The position numbers were made by a program, and so were the translations under genes. Positions 38,927 through 53,372 of a stretch of DNA of 59,296 nucleotides are shown here, piece after piece. Numbering within the stretch: position 1 is the stretch's first letter; each line of letters starts with the position of its first letter. The notes beneath the pieces were generated by a model, which saw only the letters and a list, made by a program, of their open reading frames with translations, searched no databases and was not told the origin of the DNA. This DNA is from Girardia tigrina (taxonomy: Eukaryota): the NCBI GenBank assembly GCA_001938485.1, contig MQRK01217429.1:1-59296 (forward strand). The letters are read 5' to 3'.

Positions 38927-40229
38927 CAGGGTTTTATCTCTCATTTTGTAATTGAGGAAACGTCATTTCGTAATAAAAAACCAAAAATAAAGTTCAATTA
39001 TTCATTTATAAACTTCATAAAATTTTAACATAAAATAAAAAAGTCACAATACTTGATATCAAATATTTATTTAGTTTCCATCAATAATTGGTTCTGAACG
39101 TGGCAAAAATTTCATCATATTCCTATAATAACCATTGCAATTCACCTCACATATTAGGCTAGCAACATTCTTCATACTATTCAATAATTGCTCTTCATTA
39201 TTAGGTCGAAATTCTGCAACTAGTAATTTCCACTTTGCAGACATATTCTCGATAGGATTCAAGAACGGAGAGTATGGTGAAAGAAAAACAAGCTTGTTTG
39301 ATGAATTGTTAAAAATTTCTTTGATATTGGCATGCTTATGGAAAGATGCGTTATCCATTACTATTACGGCGTTGTGCTTTAAAATTTCTTCAAATAACTG
39401 CTTAATAAATATGCAAAAACTTCTGTTTTCAAAGGGCTTATCTTGAAATAAATATTTTAAAATACCATGCTTATTCATGGCACAACAGACTGAAATATTC
39501 TTAGATCTAATACCTGGCACAATATAACTAGCAGGTGTTCATTTCAATGAGCGCCCAATCTTATTCATCATTATCACATTAAAACCCACTTCGTCAATGA
39601 ATATTCGGATCTGATTGAGTGAGTATTTCATAAAAACTTTCTACGTATTTTTGTCTTTGATCAACAACCTCCGGATTATTTCTTCGCGCAGGTATAAGTG
39701 TCACTCTTTTTAAAGTGTATGAAATGTCTTTAATATATTTACCGATAGTTTTTTCACTTACAGTTTTATTATATTTTTTCGGTAATTTTTCGCTTTAATT
39801 CTTTTAATGTGATGCCGCAGTCATCATCAATACATGTCTTAATAAATGCTGCTTGCTCTGAATTTAATGCTTTTTTCCTTTGTCCACTTTTTAAATTTTT
39901 CTCATAACGGCCTTCTTCTTTATATACCGTAATGATCGACACTACGGTAGTGTATGGCTTATTAAAAATATCTGCAATCGATTTAATAGATTTTCCTGAA
40001 TCGTAAGCCTCCACTATTAATTTTCTCATTTCGTTTGATATTGCCATTAAGGATGTCTAAAATGTTATAAAAAATTTTACTTAAATTTTGTAAAATAATT
40101 TTTATGGATATAAAATCGCTTTTACAATCTTTATTTTAGAAATTTTATAACTTTTTTTTATTACAAAATGACATTTCCTCTATTACGAAATGAAATTTCC
40201 TCAATTACGAAATGAGAGGTAAAACCCAG
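38927..40229 (-). mobile_element. Near full-length Tc1/IS630-type element, DD34E transposase (frameshifted), TA TSD
   Basis: TIRs CAGGGTTTTATCTCTCATTT / AAATGAGAGGTAAAACCCAG. HTH ORF 39769-40047; DEVGFN; DNASFH-(34 residues)-E in SPYSPFLNPIE; ~20-bp subterminal repeats. Confidence 0.93.
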
Positions 40230-42777
40230 TAATTAACATGTCAATATACAATATTTTAAATTTCTCAATTCTCATTAACCCTCTCATCCCATTTGACAAA
40301 ATAACACTAGGTAAAATGTCCGCTTGTGTGAGTGTCCCTGAGTTTTACAATTTTTGATATTCTTAACATGTTTTCTTACTCTAAACTGGTGTCACACATC
40401 ACATATAATTGTTGATTAACCATAAGGAAAAAGAAACATTAACAAATGCACAATCACGATCATGAACGCAGCATTTGAGTTCCTTTTTCTCTAATGCCGC
40501 GAAATGCAGCATTTAGATGCCTGCTATGATGTGGTTGAAAAATGAATTAATAAGACTTGTACAAGACTTTTACTCTTACACATTGGTGGACTACTCAGTG
40601 ATTCTGACTAACTGATTGTGTGATTGATAATTGATGAATTTATAAATTGATGATTGACTGAGTAACGGACGATTGTACATGAGTGGGTGCATAGTGGGGT
40701 ACGAGAAATGAAAAAGGAATATTTCCACAGCATTTCTAAAATAACCTTTCTGTAGCGCTGCTAATTTTATCTTAAAATTTCACTCCGATGAATGAGAGTT
40801 ATTTAAATCATCATTGACAATTGATATTCGAATGATCAATCAAACGAAATTGATTAATTTAAATTTCCGTTTGATCCTCTTTTACTGGAAAGAAATGTTA
40901 CAGAACCTTTGGGACAACCTAGTAATACGCTTTGTAATTTTTGGGTTAATTGGCATAAAACTTGTTTCTTGTTCAAACAGTTATACTTTATAATTTATAG
41001 CATATAATTTTAGAGAAGGTAAACCATTTTCTGTTTTTCGGAGAACTTATCAAAGAATTTGTGTAATTTTACGACTAGTAAACTATTTTAAATGTATTCT
41101 AACTGCTGATTTTAGCATATTTTACTTATGATTATCATTTCAAAGAAACAAAGTTAATTTTATGATGAAGGAAGTTAATAAAACAGATAAATTATTTATT
41201 ATTTAACCTACGCTTGTATTGGATATAGTTTTAATTATTGGATGCAGTTATACGAATGTCGAAAGTGTCGAAAAATCACAAAGATTCAACATTTAAAGAT
41301 AAAAGAAGATGACTGAAACAAAACACAAAAAATGTTCTTTTTAATGAGTTTAAAATAAAGATTAATCAAACTAAAGAAAATTTACTTTTCGCTGCTTCAT
41401 TAGACATCCAGACACTAACAGTTTGATTTATTTTTGGTTGAACTTCATCGAAGTAAGTTATAATGACTAAAATATACAATTGCGAAAAGTTACCTGGCTA
41501 CATAATTGCAATAAAGACAGTTGGGGAAAAAGATTTTGTTAGAGAAAGCTTCAAATTTAGCATAGAAACTAGATACTTCAACAACGGTGGTAATGCAAAC
41601 TCCATTCAATTATGAAATCTACCGTCGTGACTTATTTTATATTTTTTTCCAAATTTTCGTACTGGAGAGAAAATAACAGAGAAGATCCTAAAGTTTTAGT
41701 CATTTTAACTTACTTCGATAACTTTATCATATTTTCACAAATATCTTCATTAATTTATTTATCAATTATTTGAAACATCGAATTCACAAGACTAGAAATA
41801 TATCAGGGATAAGAAATAAGACAACCCGTTTCGAGGAAACAATCTCATCATCAAATCAATCCACACCATGTACTAAACTAATACACTATACGGAAAAATA
41901 CAAACATTAAATAATATTCAACCAATAAATTATTGGATTAAAATAAATTTATTTTACTTTTCCAAACAATTAAGACGCAATAAACGATATATTTTTTTAT
42001 CATTCCGTACTTTACGAGGTAACGGATGATGCTACAGTTTTTTTCCCTTTCGATATATATGAAAAAATGAAAATCTCCTTAAGCTCAAGAAATTGTAGTG
42101 TACCTTATTTGCTATCACCAATAACTTTGGATGTTAAGGAAGAGTTATGATACTTATAAATATCGAACTTTTTAATTTTTAACATTTTATTTTATTCTAA
42201 AACGTCATTAAAAATTCAGTGTACTTTATTCTTAACCAGCATTCATAGATTTTAAATGAAAAGATGTTAATAAATTACAATTTGCAAACTATTTTCTTTG
42301 AATAAAATACATTGATCTAACTAAATTAAACAGCATATTTAATATTATTAATTTAGAATGTTTAATATTTTTCAGCAAATTAATATTTACATGTATTTAT
42401 ATTTTTGATTATAAATATTATTAATTGTTTTTGGAAACAGCACAATTTGTTCATCATGTGGACTTCGATATTTGAATGATTGTCATAAGTTGGTGGTTGG
42501 ACGAAGTTTTTCTAAAGTAACTTGAATCAAGTACTTTAATCAAATAAAAATTAAAGTAAATCAAAATTCGTTCAAAAATTTATAATGTATCTTATGAACA
42601 AACATTAAACTGAGACATCTAGAGTCTTGTATATGTTTAAAAATAATAAATCGAAAACAATGAAACAAAAATAAATTTCATTAATCGATACTTTAATTTA
42701 AAATTAAAAACGTCATTTCAATTTTCAAAATTTATTGATCCTAAATATTTTTGGAGAATGTCCACCATCTTCAGGTA

Positions 42778-43191
42778 CAGTAGCATCGCTAGTCAGGTGC
42801 GGGGGTGCGGACCACATCGAGTGACACAATCTCAGAGGGCGTCACTAAATGAAAAATACATCGCGGAAATAAACCTGTATAAATAACCCAACTTTAAGCT
42901 AAGGTTAACTAAAACATAGACTTTGATGAAGTTATTAAAAAGTTTGTTGCTCTGAAGACAATTGAAAGGACAATTGTAAAGATGGAATAAATATCTATAA
43001 CTTAACGTTGTTACAGTTCTTTAATACTTGTGCACGCTGACGGCTGACCTTCAGTGACTATGAACTTGTTTTTTTGTTCTTGTCATTTTGATACTTTGAC
43101 TTATTACATGACGAATAAATCAGAATAAATCTGGAGGGATGACACCGTGACTTTACTGAACCTGGTGACACCAACCCTAGCGACGCCACTG
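42778..43191 (+). mobile_element. hAT MITE (414 bp) with perfect 8-bp TSD TTCAGGTA
   Basis: CAGTAGCATCGCTAG ... CTAGCGACGCCACTG; retains the transposase tail IDFDEVIKKF. Confidence 0.92.
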
Positions 43192-43338
43192 TTCAGGTAA
43201 AAATCGGGATTTCGTAATCCACTTATGTAACAGTGTAAGAGTGGATTGTTTGGACATTTATTGATTGATTAAGTGATTTAATCAATAATGTGTCTCAAGA
43301 AACTCTTTCATGATAATTCTTAAATTACTAGACAATAT

Positions 43339-43889
43339 TTTAAATTAAAAATTTGGATCTAAAAAAAAGACCCGAAAGTAAACTACTTAAAAAAGGGACC
43401 CAAAAGTTATACTAATAAAAAAACCCAACATTTGGACTAAAAAATTATTAAAAAAAAGATTGTCGAGCTACATGAGTGCACGGCTTGCTCTGTTTTCTTG
43501 ATTAGCATCATTGACTTTTTTTCATTTTTTTATATACGTTTTTTTCATTTTATTCCAATACGAGTAAATAGCCGTAGTATGGACACTGGTAACAGGATCC
43601 ACAAATAATAAACTGGTTAAATAGCAACTTTACCAATGAAAAAATATTCAATTTAACATTTTCCTTTGTTTTAGCCAATAAAAAATAATTTAATACGTTC
43701 ATTAATGAAAAAGTATCTCTCATTTAGATATTAAAAATATTATAATATGTATTAATAATATACATTTACACTATTAAAAATTGATAAATTAATTAAATTA
43801 TTAACAAAAATAAACCCAGAAACTCCAATTTAAAAAATTACAGACCCACCTGGTCCTTTTTTCACTAGATCCAAATATTTGAATTTAAA
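43339..43889. mobile_element. MITE-like element with ~35-bp imperfect TIRs
   Basis: TTTAAATTAAAAATTTGGATCTAAAAAAAAGACC versus GGTCCTTTTTTCACTAGATCCAAATATTTGAATTTAAA. Confidence 0.6.
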
Positions 43890-43916
43890 GAAGTAAAAAA
43901 ATAGTGGCATTATATT

Positions 43917-45027
43917 TTTTAACACATAAAGACACCATTTTCAGAAAAAAAATTTATTATCAAAGACAATTAATTTTGACGGTAATAACCCTCACCGTCA
44001 GGTCATTAATAAATTATGAATTTTAAATCTGCTTTTATAGACAAGCAGTGGTCTAATTAATTGGGTCATCTAAAAACACTCAATGAGGTTGTTGAGAGAC
44101 TCGTTTGTACATTAATCTTAGGATCTAAAGATCCGATATAAAGTGCTTCACGAGCCACTTTCTCCCAATAATTACTAAACTGAGCACACAGAATTTAAAA
44201 ATTATTTATGTCAATATTTTCATTCAATTTGGAAACTTTTCAGTGTTCTTCAATATTACTACCACCCACATTACGGAGAAGTATTTGGATTCTCCTACAG
44301 AGATGACGAGACGTCGCTGTTATGTATGTGACATTGCACCCATTACAGGTAAATTGATATACGAGATCTGAACACAATCCAAATGGGGTTGGAGATTTAT
44401 TACCAAATACAGTAATATCCCGCTTAACGCTGTTTCGGTTAGTGCTTTTTCGGTTTAGCACTCTTTTATTTCAACCGATTTTCACTGAAATTGTCCGCAA
44501 CGCTAGGTTTTTCAAATACTTACATATCAGAAACAGTATAGTTGTGTTTTTTGTTTGGTGAGGTGCTGTATGAACGCATTTGTTAAGATAGTCACGTTTA
44601 GCTCTATTTCGGAGCTTTGATGGACCGTATCCCCAGCGATAAACGACATCTCACTATACTTTCATCAATTACATAGTCACTGCTCTTCTATATACCGTAT
44701 TTTCACGTATATAACCCGCATAATTTTTTCCTCACCAGGGGTATTTTGAGTATGTAAAATCACATATTATCCACTGTTTATCATCGTGAAATGTTAGTTG
44801 CTATCGTGTAAATTATTTTTAGGATACACTACCAACTTTTCTACCCTGCGAGTAGCGTAGGGCGTAGATAAAATCACTAATGACCCGCGGGATATATGCG
44901 TAAAAATATGATAAGCAGATTTTAAATTCATAATTTCTTTATGACCTGACGATGACAGTTATACCGTCAAAAGTAATTGTCTTTGGTAAGAATTTTTTTC
45001 AGAAAATAGCGTCATTATATGTTTAAA
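43917..45027 (-). mobile_element. Penelope-like element remnant: GIY-YIG endonuclease with inverted ~115-bp pseudo-LTRs; nested DNA transposon pieces inside
   Basis: SDLVYQFTCNGCNVTYITATSRHLCRRI..EH; inverted arms at 43917-44034 and 44913-45027. Confidence 0.85.
44695..44911. mobile_element. Small pogo-like MITE, TA TSD
   Basis: TA-CCGTATTTTCACGTATATAACCCGC ... GCGGGATATATGCGTAAAAATATGA-TA. Confidence 0.7.
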
Positions 45028-46564
45028 TTTATTTATTTATAATTTTATTCGTTTGTTTTACTATTACACTTTACATATAAGTATTGACAATTGAATAATT
45101 AAAAAAATATATCAATCCACTTAAAAAGGCAAATTAATTTAACAGTATGTATATCGATTTTTTTTAGATTTTTTTTAAGATTTTAGTTCCCATTATTCAA
45201 ATGTCCCAATTTTCTGGTAGCGCTAAGTAGAAAATAATATAATCAGCAGATATTTATGATCGACTAGAACATTTCACTGAACAATTGCTTTTACATTTTG
45301 TTAAGTGTGAGTATTATTTTCCTTTCTTAAATATTTTAAATGAATCAAAAAAAACTACAAAAACTGTAAAATAAGAGTCATCCCCTGAATGTTTTACAAC
45401 AAGCTACTTCAGATATCATTTAATGAGTATAAGTAGTACAAATCTTACCATACCCTAGTTAGATTATAGTAAACGCCCTAACACCATAAATTTTTGAAAA
45501 TGAGGAATACCTCTCTGTAAGATGACATCGTCTTGCACAGGCAAATCAAACAATAATATATATATCATCGTTCAAAATATGAATTGTTGATCTGTTAGAG
45601 AAAAGGATATGGCTCAAATATGAACAAAATGGCCGTGAATTTTTTAAAAGACATTTAAATGAAGGTGATTCCTATAGAAGCTTCTAGTATTTAGTTGAGA
45701 TTATAACAAGTTGTTTCTGCTATTTCATTTCTTTATCATAAATAAATTTTAAAAAAATTGGAAACTGAGTAAAATCAAAAGAATTAAGCCATTAAATTAA
45801 TTATTTTTATTTTCATTAATTTATATCATTAACTGCGATAGATAAGTTGCATTCTTTTTAATAATCATTTGTTTGGATCATGACGGTCAATCCATAAAAA
45901 TTAATAAACATGAAAATAAAGAATTTTAATTGGCTCAATTCTTTCCATTTTTTTATTCATTAAATATTTTGGTTACCCTTTAAGCTTTCAGATTGCTATC
46001 AAATATTTAAAAAAACCTTCTAAACTTTTCGGGGGATCAAAATAACTCTCATCCAGAGTGTGTACAACCATATTATCAGTAATAATGATTTGAAGTAATA
46101 ATTATTTTTCTTTGGCGGTTAAATATTATTTTCTTTTTTTATCCCTAGCCTTAGTGATGGTACAAAAATAATAACAAAACAAATAAAAATAAATGATTAC
46201 AAGCAAAAAACCTGAACATTCAGATAAGTAAAAACACAAAAAATCAACGTACACACAAAGAAATAAAAAGAAAGAATAAAAGAATGAGTGTTAGATAGGC
46301 AAAGGTCTACAGATCCCAGCTCAAATAATTCGCAAATTGGCGACAGTAATTTGAAAATGTTTCATAATAAAATTATTTGAAAAAAGTAATAAGAATATAT
46401 TTACAGATGATCAAGATCAAAATCAATCTTATAACACTAATAAAAATAGTTTAAAACTTGGAACTTTATTCAGTAAGTTTCAAAAAATTTTAAAAATCTA
46501 TTTTAGTAGGTAGTAGATAATACTTTAAATTTAAAAATAATTTCCCGTATCAAAAAAATTGAAG

Positions 46565-46647
46565 GTATGTTTAGCAATAAATCTTCCACCCCGTTAGGAT
46601 TGTGTTCGGATGTCATTTATATACATGTAATGGGTGAAATGTCACAT
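46565..46647 (+). mobile_element. Second short Penelope GIY-YIG fragment
   Basis: aataaatcttccaccccgttaggattgtgttcggat...tgtaatgggtgaaatgtcaca matches the reverse complement of ~44328-44405. Confidence 0.7.
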
Positions 46648-49135
46648 TCGAAAGTATCTTCCCTTTTAGAAATTAGAAAATTTCTTCCCTTATTTGAAAT
46701 TTCGAACACAGTTTAGAAACACATGACAATAAAATATTTTAGCTTATAGAAACAGCTAAGCCTAGTTTTTTGGTCAGTTTCAATTATTATTGGTTTTTAC
46801 AAAGGTCTTTTTACAAATCAATGAAACTACTTTTTGTTTATAAAGAGATTATTCTTTTTATATTATTGTAAAATTGAACTTAGTTATAAATGACTTATGC
46901 ACTTGTAGTGACGACTTTTAATTAAATAAAAAAATCTAGCAGTAAAAAAATCTTTATTAACATAAAAATACTTAAATTATTATTTATATCAAAAATCACA
47001 TATTTTACTATCTATATAAAAAATAATAAATATAACTGAAAAATGTCAAAAACAATTGTTTTAATAATCTCATAGAAACAATTTTATTTAAAAATAAAAG
47101 ATTTCTTTTTCTCTTCTGATTTTTATTTAATCATTTGGCGAAAAAAAAACATTATTTATGGTGCCATCAAGCGCTATCATAATTATTTAAAGCAAATTGT
47201 CAACAACAAGCCGCCTACGACCATTGTCGATTTATTATCGGTCGATTTCTGCCACTCGATTCATCAATATAAAAACGTGGCACCTGCACCGTTTCGATTG
47301 GTCGAATACGGAGGCCGCACCTCTGCACTCGACGGCCGCGCTGGATTAATCAACCACTTGATTAGATCTTAATAATCGGCGCCAAAATCGATCGTCGATT
47401 TAGTAAGATCGGTGAATCGTCGAGCGTCACCCACTCCGGCAGCGGCCACCTCTTTAAAGACCGAGCCCACGGTGGCATGCCACCGATAAAGGTCAAGTTT
47501 TTAATTACCCGTATCTCCTTCCCTCTATTATTTAGAGATACGGGTACACATAAGCTCTAAATCCTCTTCCAATATAATAATATAAATAAAAAAATACAAA
47601 ATTATTTGATTAACAATACTAACTTTAACAGTTAAACAGAATGATAAAAAGACTATGTAATGTTAATCACAAATTAAAAAAAAATAATGAGTTCTGGCTT
47701 GAATAAAAAAATATTAGTTACTTATTTAATTTTGTTGAATGAGTCAAATTGAACTGGATGAGTCGGAAATTGTATAGAATGGATCAGTAAAATAAATAAT
47801 CTGAGTCTCTGTTTGGAATAGTCGGAAATTGTATGTCAAAATATATTTTAAAACATTTATTTCAAAATTTTTAATAATTGACAATTTTTAAAAAATATAA
47901 AGACTGTGGAACGCAGAAGAAATATAACGTAAGAGAAGAGTCCAGTCCTTTGAAAAGGAAATAGTTTTTCTTAAAAAAAGTTTTATTTGAAATATAAAAC
48001 ATTGATGAATCTTCGCGTTTGATCCCCAATAATTTAATACAATATTTTGTGCATTAGTTTGTAAAACAAGATTGCCAATTTGTGTATCTGTATATTACAT
48101 TAATTTATTACATGTTATATGATACATTTGGAAAAGCACACAGTATTTACGATCAAGTAATAAGTACTGAACTGATTTAAATTGGTTTTAATTGCATTAA
48201 AAATGCGTTTATATCTAATATTAATAATTCATTAAAAAAAATTTAATTAATAATTTATTCCAAAGTTATGTTATTGTTTTTACAATTTATGTAAATCTCC
48301 ATTTAATCAGATAAGATTAAAGTCATTAATTAATTAGACGAATGAAATTGTACGAAAGTTTTGACAAAGATTGTCCTGAGAACAATCAAACTTGTAATAT
48401 TAAAAAAAATATTAAAAGTTATAATGGTTTTCTTAATTTGTCCAAACACCATGACATGTCAGGTATTAAATAAAACAATTACATCTGGTTTTATTGACTT
48501 AAAATGACCTATAAAATTTAAAAATTGCCTTCTAAAAAGTCATATTTACCATAAAAAATTGACTTTTTGTTCTTTTCCATTAATTTAAATTATTGGCCGT
48601 TATACCATCATATACATATCGCCATTGTCAAGGCTTGACACGAATACATTTGGAATTTTATTTGTTTTTTTACTAATAAAATAGTATTAGTAACAAATCA
48701 AATTTAAAAATTGTCAGTCTTAGCGGCTTTTAAGTGTGAGAAAAATGAAAACCAAGTGGTCTGAGGAATTTTGGTTTATGATCGTGGTATTGGAACCCAG
48801 TACCCTCGGAATGGGCGGTATAAGGGTTAAGGACATATTCAATAGTTTTCTCTCTGCTTATCTCTTCTTCTTTTTTCTGCTAGTGAATGAGTTTTCGACA
48901 TGTAAATCATTTGTTTTGAAAAGTAGCTTCTCTTGATTCGACAAAGATGCTGTCATTCTGACGATGATAATATTTTCTTTGTCGAAATGCTTCCTACCTG
49001 AAAACAAGAATCTTCTTCAAGATTAGTCTGTAAACCGATTTATGGATGCTATTTTGCTCTTTTTACGTATTCCTTAAAACAAAAACATCATTTTTTTACA
49101 CTTTCTATATTTTTTCTTCATTGGTGGATAATTAA

Positions 49136-49613
49136 CGTTATATTGTGTTTGATTCCTAATTAGGCATATCTGAAAGATTAAGATACTAGGAGATAACGCT
49201 AGAATAAAAGTTTTAATAAATAATAAATAGGTTCAAAAGATAATAAATTGTAAATAGAAAATATAAAAAATCATGACATGATTATTTTTTGTAATTCTTT
49301 ATTGAGTCCTTAAACATTTTAGTCTTTATTACGCTTTATGTATGATTAGTGTGTTTTGGGTCACTAGAATATATTATGAATAAATTTTGCACATATTATC
49401 GATCTATTTATTTAAGTTAAAACAAAATGCAATTAAATAGAGTTTACAGGTTTAATAATTATAATTTTATCTGTTACGAGTTTTAAGGTTTATGATGGAA
49501 TCTCTCGGTAGCCTCGCCCATGTTACTATTTATTTAAACTTTTATTCTAGCGTTATCTCCTAATATTTTAATCTTTCAGATATGCCTAATTAGTAATCAA
49601 ACACAATTCAACG
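49136..49613. mobile_element. MITE with ~90-bp TIRs flanked by TTAA
   Basis: TTAA-CGTTATATTGTGTTTGATTCCTAATTAGGCATATCTGAAAGATTAA... is mirrored at ~49528-49613, followed by TTAA. Confidence 0.8.
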
Positions 49614-51864
49614 TTAACTATTCTCTGTGAAATCAAAACATTCAGTCCATACATGCACTCCGAGTACCAGGTAGATAACGAGCCAAAACTAAAAGCAGCA
49701 ATGGCGTAGCGAACGGGAGGGTATAGGGAATCAATCCCATCCCTGAAATATTTTCAAAACCTTTCCATACTCAAATTTATTTCTAACAGATGTACCAAAT
49801 CTATTGATTGTCTTATAAAATTAAAAATTCATCCTTTATCATCATCTAGGCATAGAAAAAAGACAAGATTAAAAATACTCAAGCTACTATCGTTTTGTTG
49901 TCACAACACTCAGAATTCATCATTGTCAATAGACTTGTGACCGTTGTATTCGGTAGTATTTGATTGATTTCGGCTGTAGTATTTGGTACTGCATTGAGTA
50001 TTGATCGCTCAATTAACACTTGTATATGTCTATCATTCCTTTATGTTGTCTTTCTTGATCGGTCAATTAGTTTCCTATCAGAAAAAGATTTGCATTTGGC
50101 GACTATACCCAATGTTGTGCAATTTTTTACTTCAAATGGCTGATTTTATTCAAATTTACTATCTGAGCACGTTTTTCTTTCGATATTTGCTTTGCCATTA
50201 TCTTTTCCAAGACTTTGGACGCAATTTTGAAGCAGAAATATTGATAAAATTTTTTTGCAATATGCAATTGTATTTCAAGTTATTAGGTTCGTGATTAAAA
50301 TTGAAAGTCATAATTTTGTAAATTTTATTTCTACTACAATTTTCATTATTGAAACAAATTTATGAGGAACAATATTTTAATTTGCAGAATTCCCAACTGC
50401 CTTTTAACTTTAAATTATCTTTTTTTTAAAGAATTTAAAAAGATTTTTATTTTAGAGAATTATTTCATTTTAATTAATCGAACATTATTTTTAATTTATT
50501 TAAAATATCAATATGATTTTTAAAAATATCAAAAATTTAAAGTTCATCAAAAAGAACCCAAACACAAGTATCAAAGGGTCAATATTTAAAATTACTTGAG
50601 AGAAAATCAACAACCAAATACAATCGATGTCATTGATGTGCATTTCAAAGTATATATTCATCGAGTAAAAACTAATTCAAATTAAAAAAATACTTTAAGT
50701 AATTAAAAGTCATAAATTTTAATATAATAAATTTTTCAATAGTTTAATAGTCATTCTACTTTGATACAATAAGTAAATGAGAAAAAAAGCCAACGTTGAA
50801 AAGTCATTAATAAAATGTTGTTCTATAAAAATAAGTAACATAAAACTGTTTAAGAGCAATAATAAAAGTAACAAATATATAAAAAGATGGATTTTCCAAG
50901 TGAGTCCAAACTTTTGCAGAAAAGTGTTTATAAGTATGTAACAGTGTGTATCAAAGACATTGAGACTACGTTACCTATCTTTGCAGAATTTCTGTACTAT
51001 ATTTGCATAACCTGCGGTCATTTTCTTTGTTCAATCACATTGTCATTAAGGGGTTGTTATTGAAGCGCCTCCTTTTATAAGGTATTCTATGATTTTTAAG
51101 AACTGACTCTTTGTTGTAGACGACATTATTAAATCGTTTAAATTTTTTCCGAGTATTCCTTAATTAAAATTTGGAGGCATTAACTAGAAAGATCTACAAA
51201 TCGATATCAATACTCACTGATAAAGCGCATTTTCTCTTGTGGGTGGGTCTCCTGAAAAACGGAATCAATATGTTACGTGTTGAATGAAATCACGTTATAA
51301 GATGAAATTTTTTTAATACGAATGATGCGAGGATGAACATATAAAGATGCATCGTATTAAGTGAGTTATTAAAGAAATGCATCAAATCATGTTGTATAAA
51401 CTCACGTCATACGGGAGTCTACTGTACTGTACTGCGAATAGTGCTAATCTAGTTTCAAATAAAGAAAACTTTGTGACAATTGAACTATTGTAGCACTGAG
51501 AGCAGTCCTTTTACCTCCAAAGTTTTGGTCCAAAATTTCATTTGGGTCCTCTTTTGTTCAAGAAAATAATTTTATTTATCCTTGTGACAGTTTAATGAGA
51601 TCTATACCAAAATATATAGTTTATGGGGTCTGGGATACATTTAGTACTATCAATTTATTATTATATACATATAAATACAGATACAAAATATAATAGCGCC
51701 TTTTATCATATAAGAAAATGCGTTAGAAGTATTTCATACAAAATATAATATTAGATTTCAAAATTTCTTCAGCATTGCAAGGGAAATTAATCATAACTCA
51801 TTAATTAACTATTTATGCTTTATTTAAATATATCTATTTATAATTTGATCCAAATACTGTTAAA

Positions 51865-53230
51865 TAGGGTTACCTCATAAGTTTTGTCGCACACATATAT
51901 CTATGTTAACTGCAGATATACTTGCATCACATAAATAATTCTTATATATTTGCAATCCCTAATAAAATGTGAATTAGATAAAATAGCATTTGCTATCTCC
52001 TTAAGTTCAATAATTTTAATTTTCACTTCTAAATGAATTTTAGTTTTAATAAAATAATAGCATTTTTGTAAATTTCGCACATTTTCATCATCCTAAGGGA
52101 TTTTAATCGCTCTGATATTCGTAAATTAATTTACTATTGCTGGAAAAGGGATTTAAAACCTTTACAGATGACTGACGAAATTAACACGGCCCTTGGAGTT
52201 AGAACAGTCTCAAAGAGAACATGTGCAAGATGAATTTCCAATTTTCGTGAAAACAACTTTAACACAGACGATTAAGTCCGCGAATGACAGCCCTCTCTTG
52301 ACATAGAGGAGAAGATAATCGAGTTTCTGACTGAAGACAAGCGTGCAACAATGAGGAACATTGCAGAGGGAATTGATCAGGATAAAACTCCGGTGTCCCG
52401 GCACTTGAATGCAATGGGATACCGATACCTGGAAAATTGCTGGGTTCCACACGCTCTGACGCAACAGAACACGGATAATCGCAAAAGAATTTGTCAATAG
52501 CTATTGGATAGTTATCACCGGAATAATTTCCTGTCCCAAATCATCACCTGCGATGAGATATGGGTGTACTGGGACAACAAAGGCGCTTTCAACAATAGAT
52601 CATGGAGAAAATCGGATAAAAACCCACATGCAACACCGACATAAAGACTGACAAACCGAAAGCATCTCGCCTCCGTCTTTTGGGACAGTAAAGGACTGCT
52701 CTTGTTAGATGTCTTACCTCCAAATGCTACAACCAATGCGGATGTCTACTGCACTCAGCTGGATCGATTCATCATCGCCGTTCAACAGAGGCGCAGACGG
52801 TTGCTCCATGGAGGAAACCACAATGTTCATTATCTCCACGATAATTCTCCTCCGCAAACGGCTGCTAAGACCAAGGACAAGCTGAATGCACTTGGATTCA
52901 CCGTACTACCCCATCCACCATACTCCCTCGATCTCTCGCCATCTGACTACTTTCTATTCTTTCCAATGAAATGTGCACTTAGAAGAAAGAATTATGCCGG
53001 TGTCAACGATATCAACGAAGATCTTCTACATTCGTTTGACAAGAAACCGCGTGATTTTTTTTCCAAAATGGGATACGTAGCCTCCCAGGACGTTGGCTGA
53101 GATATATTGACCGCATTGGCGACTACTTTTCGCAATTGCATGACGTTTACGATTGATAAAATATTTTATATTTTATTGTATTTTGGTGTTTTTGGTGTTT
53201 TTTTGCGACAAAACTTATAAGGCAACCCTA
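51865..53230 (+). mobile_element. mariner element (DD34D), degenerate
   Basis: TIR TAGGGTTACCTCATAAGTTTTGTCGCA / TGCGACAAAACTTATAAGGCAACCCTA; WVPH, IITCDEIW, HDNS-(34)-D in HPPYSLDLSPSDYFLF. Confidence 0.93.
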
Positions 53231-53372
53231 TATTAAAAACTCCTGAAAATTCAGTTGTTTAAATAATACATGGCATTGGCAGTTTTTTTGAATTTAATAA
53301 ATTTTATGATTATCAAGTTCTTAATTGTTAATTTAATTATTGGTAATGTGCGAAAATACTTACGAGCGTTAA

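Noticed and set aside
48950-49000. CTGACGA...GAAA hammerhead-like motif
   Set aside because: Stem II is plausible, but there is no stem I complementarity and no adjacent Penelope coding sequence.
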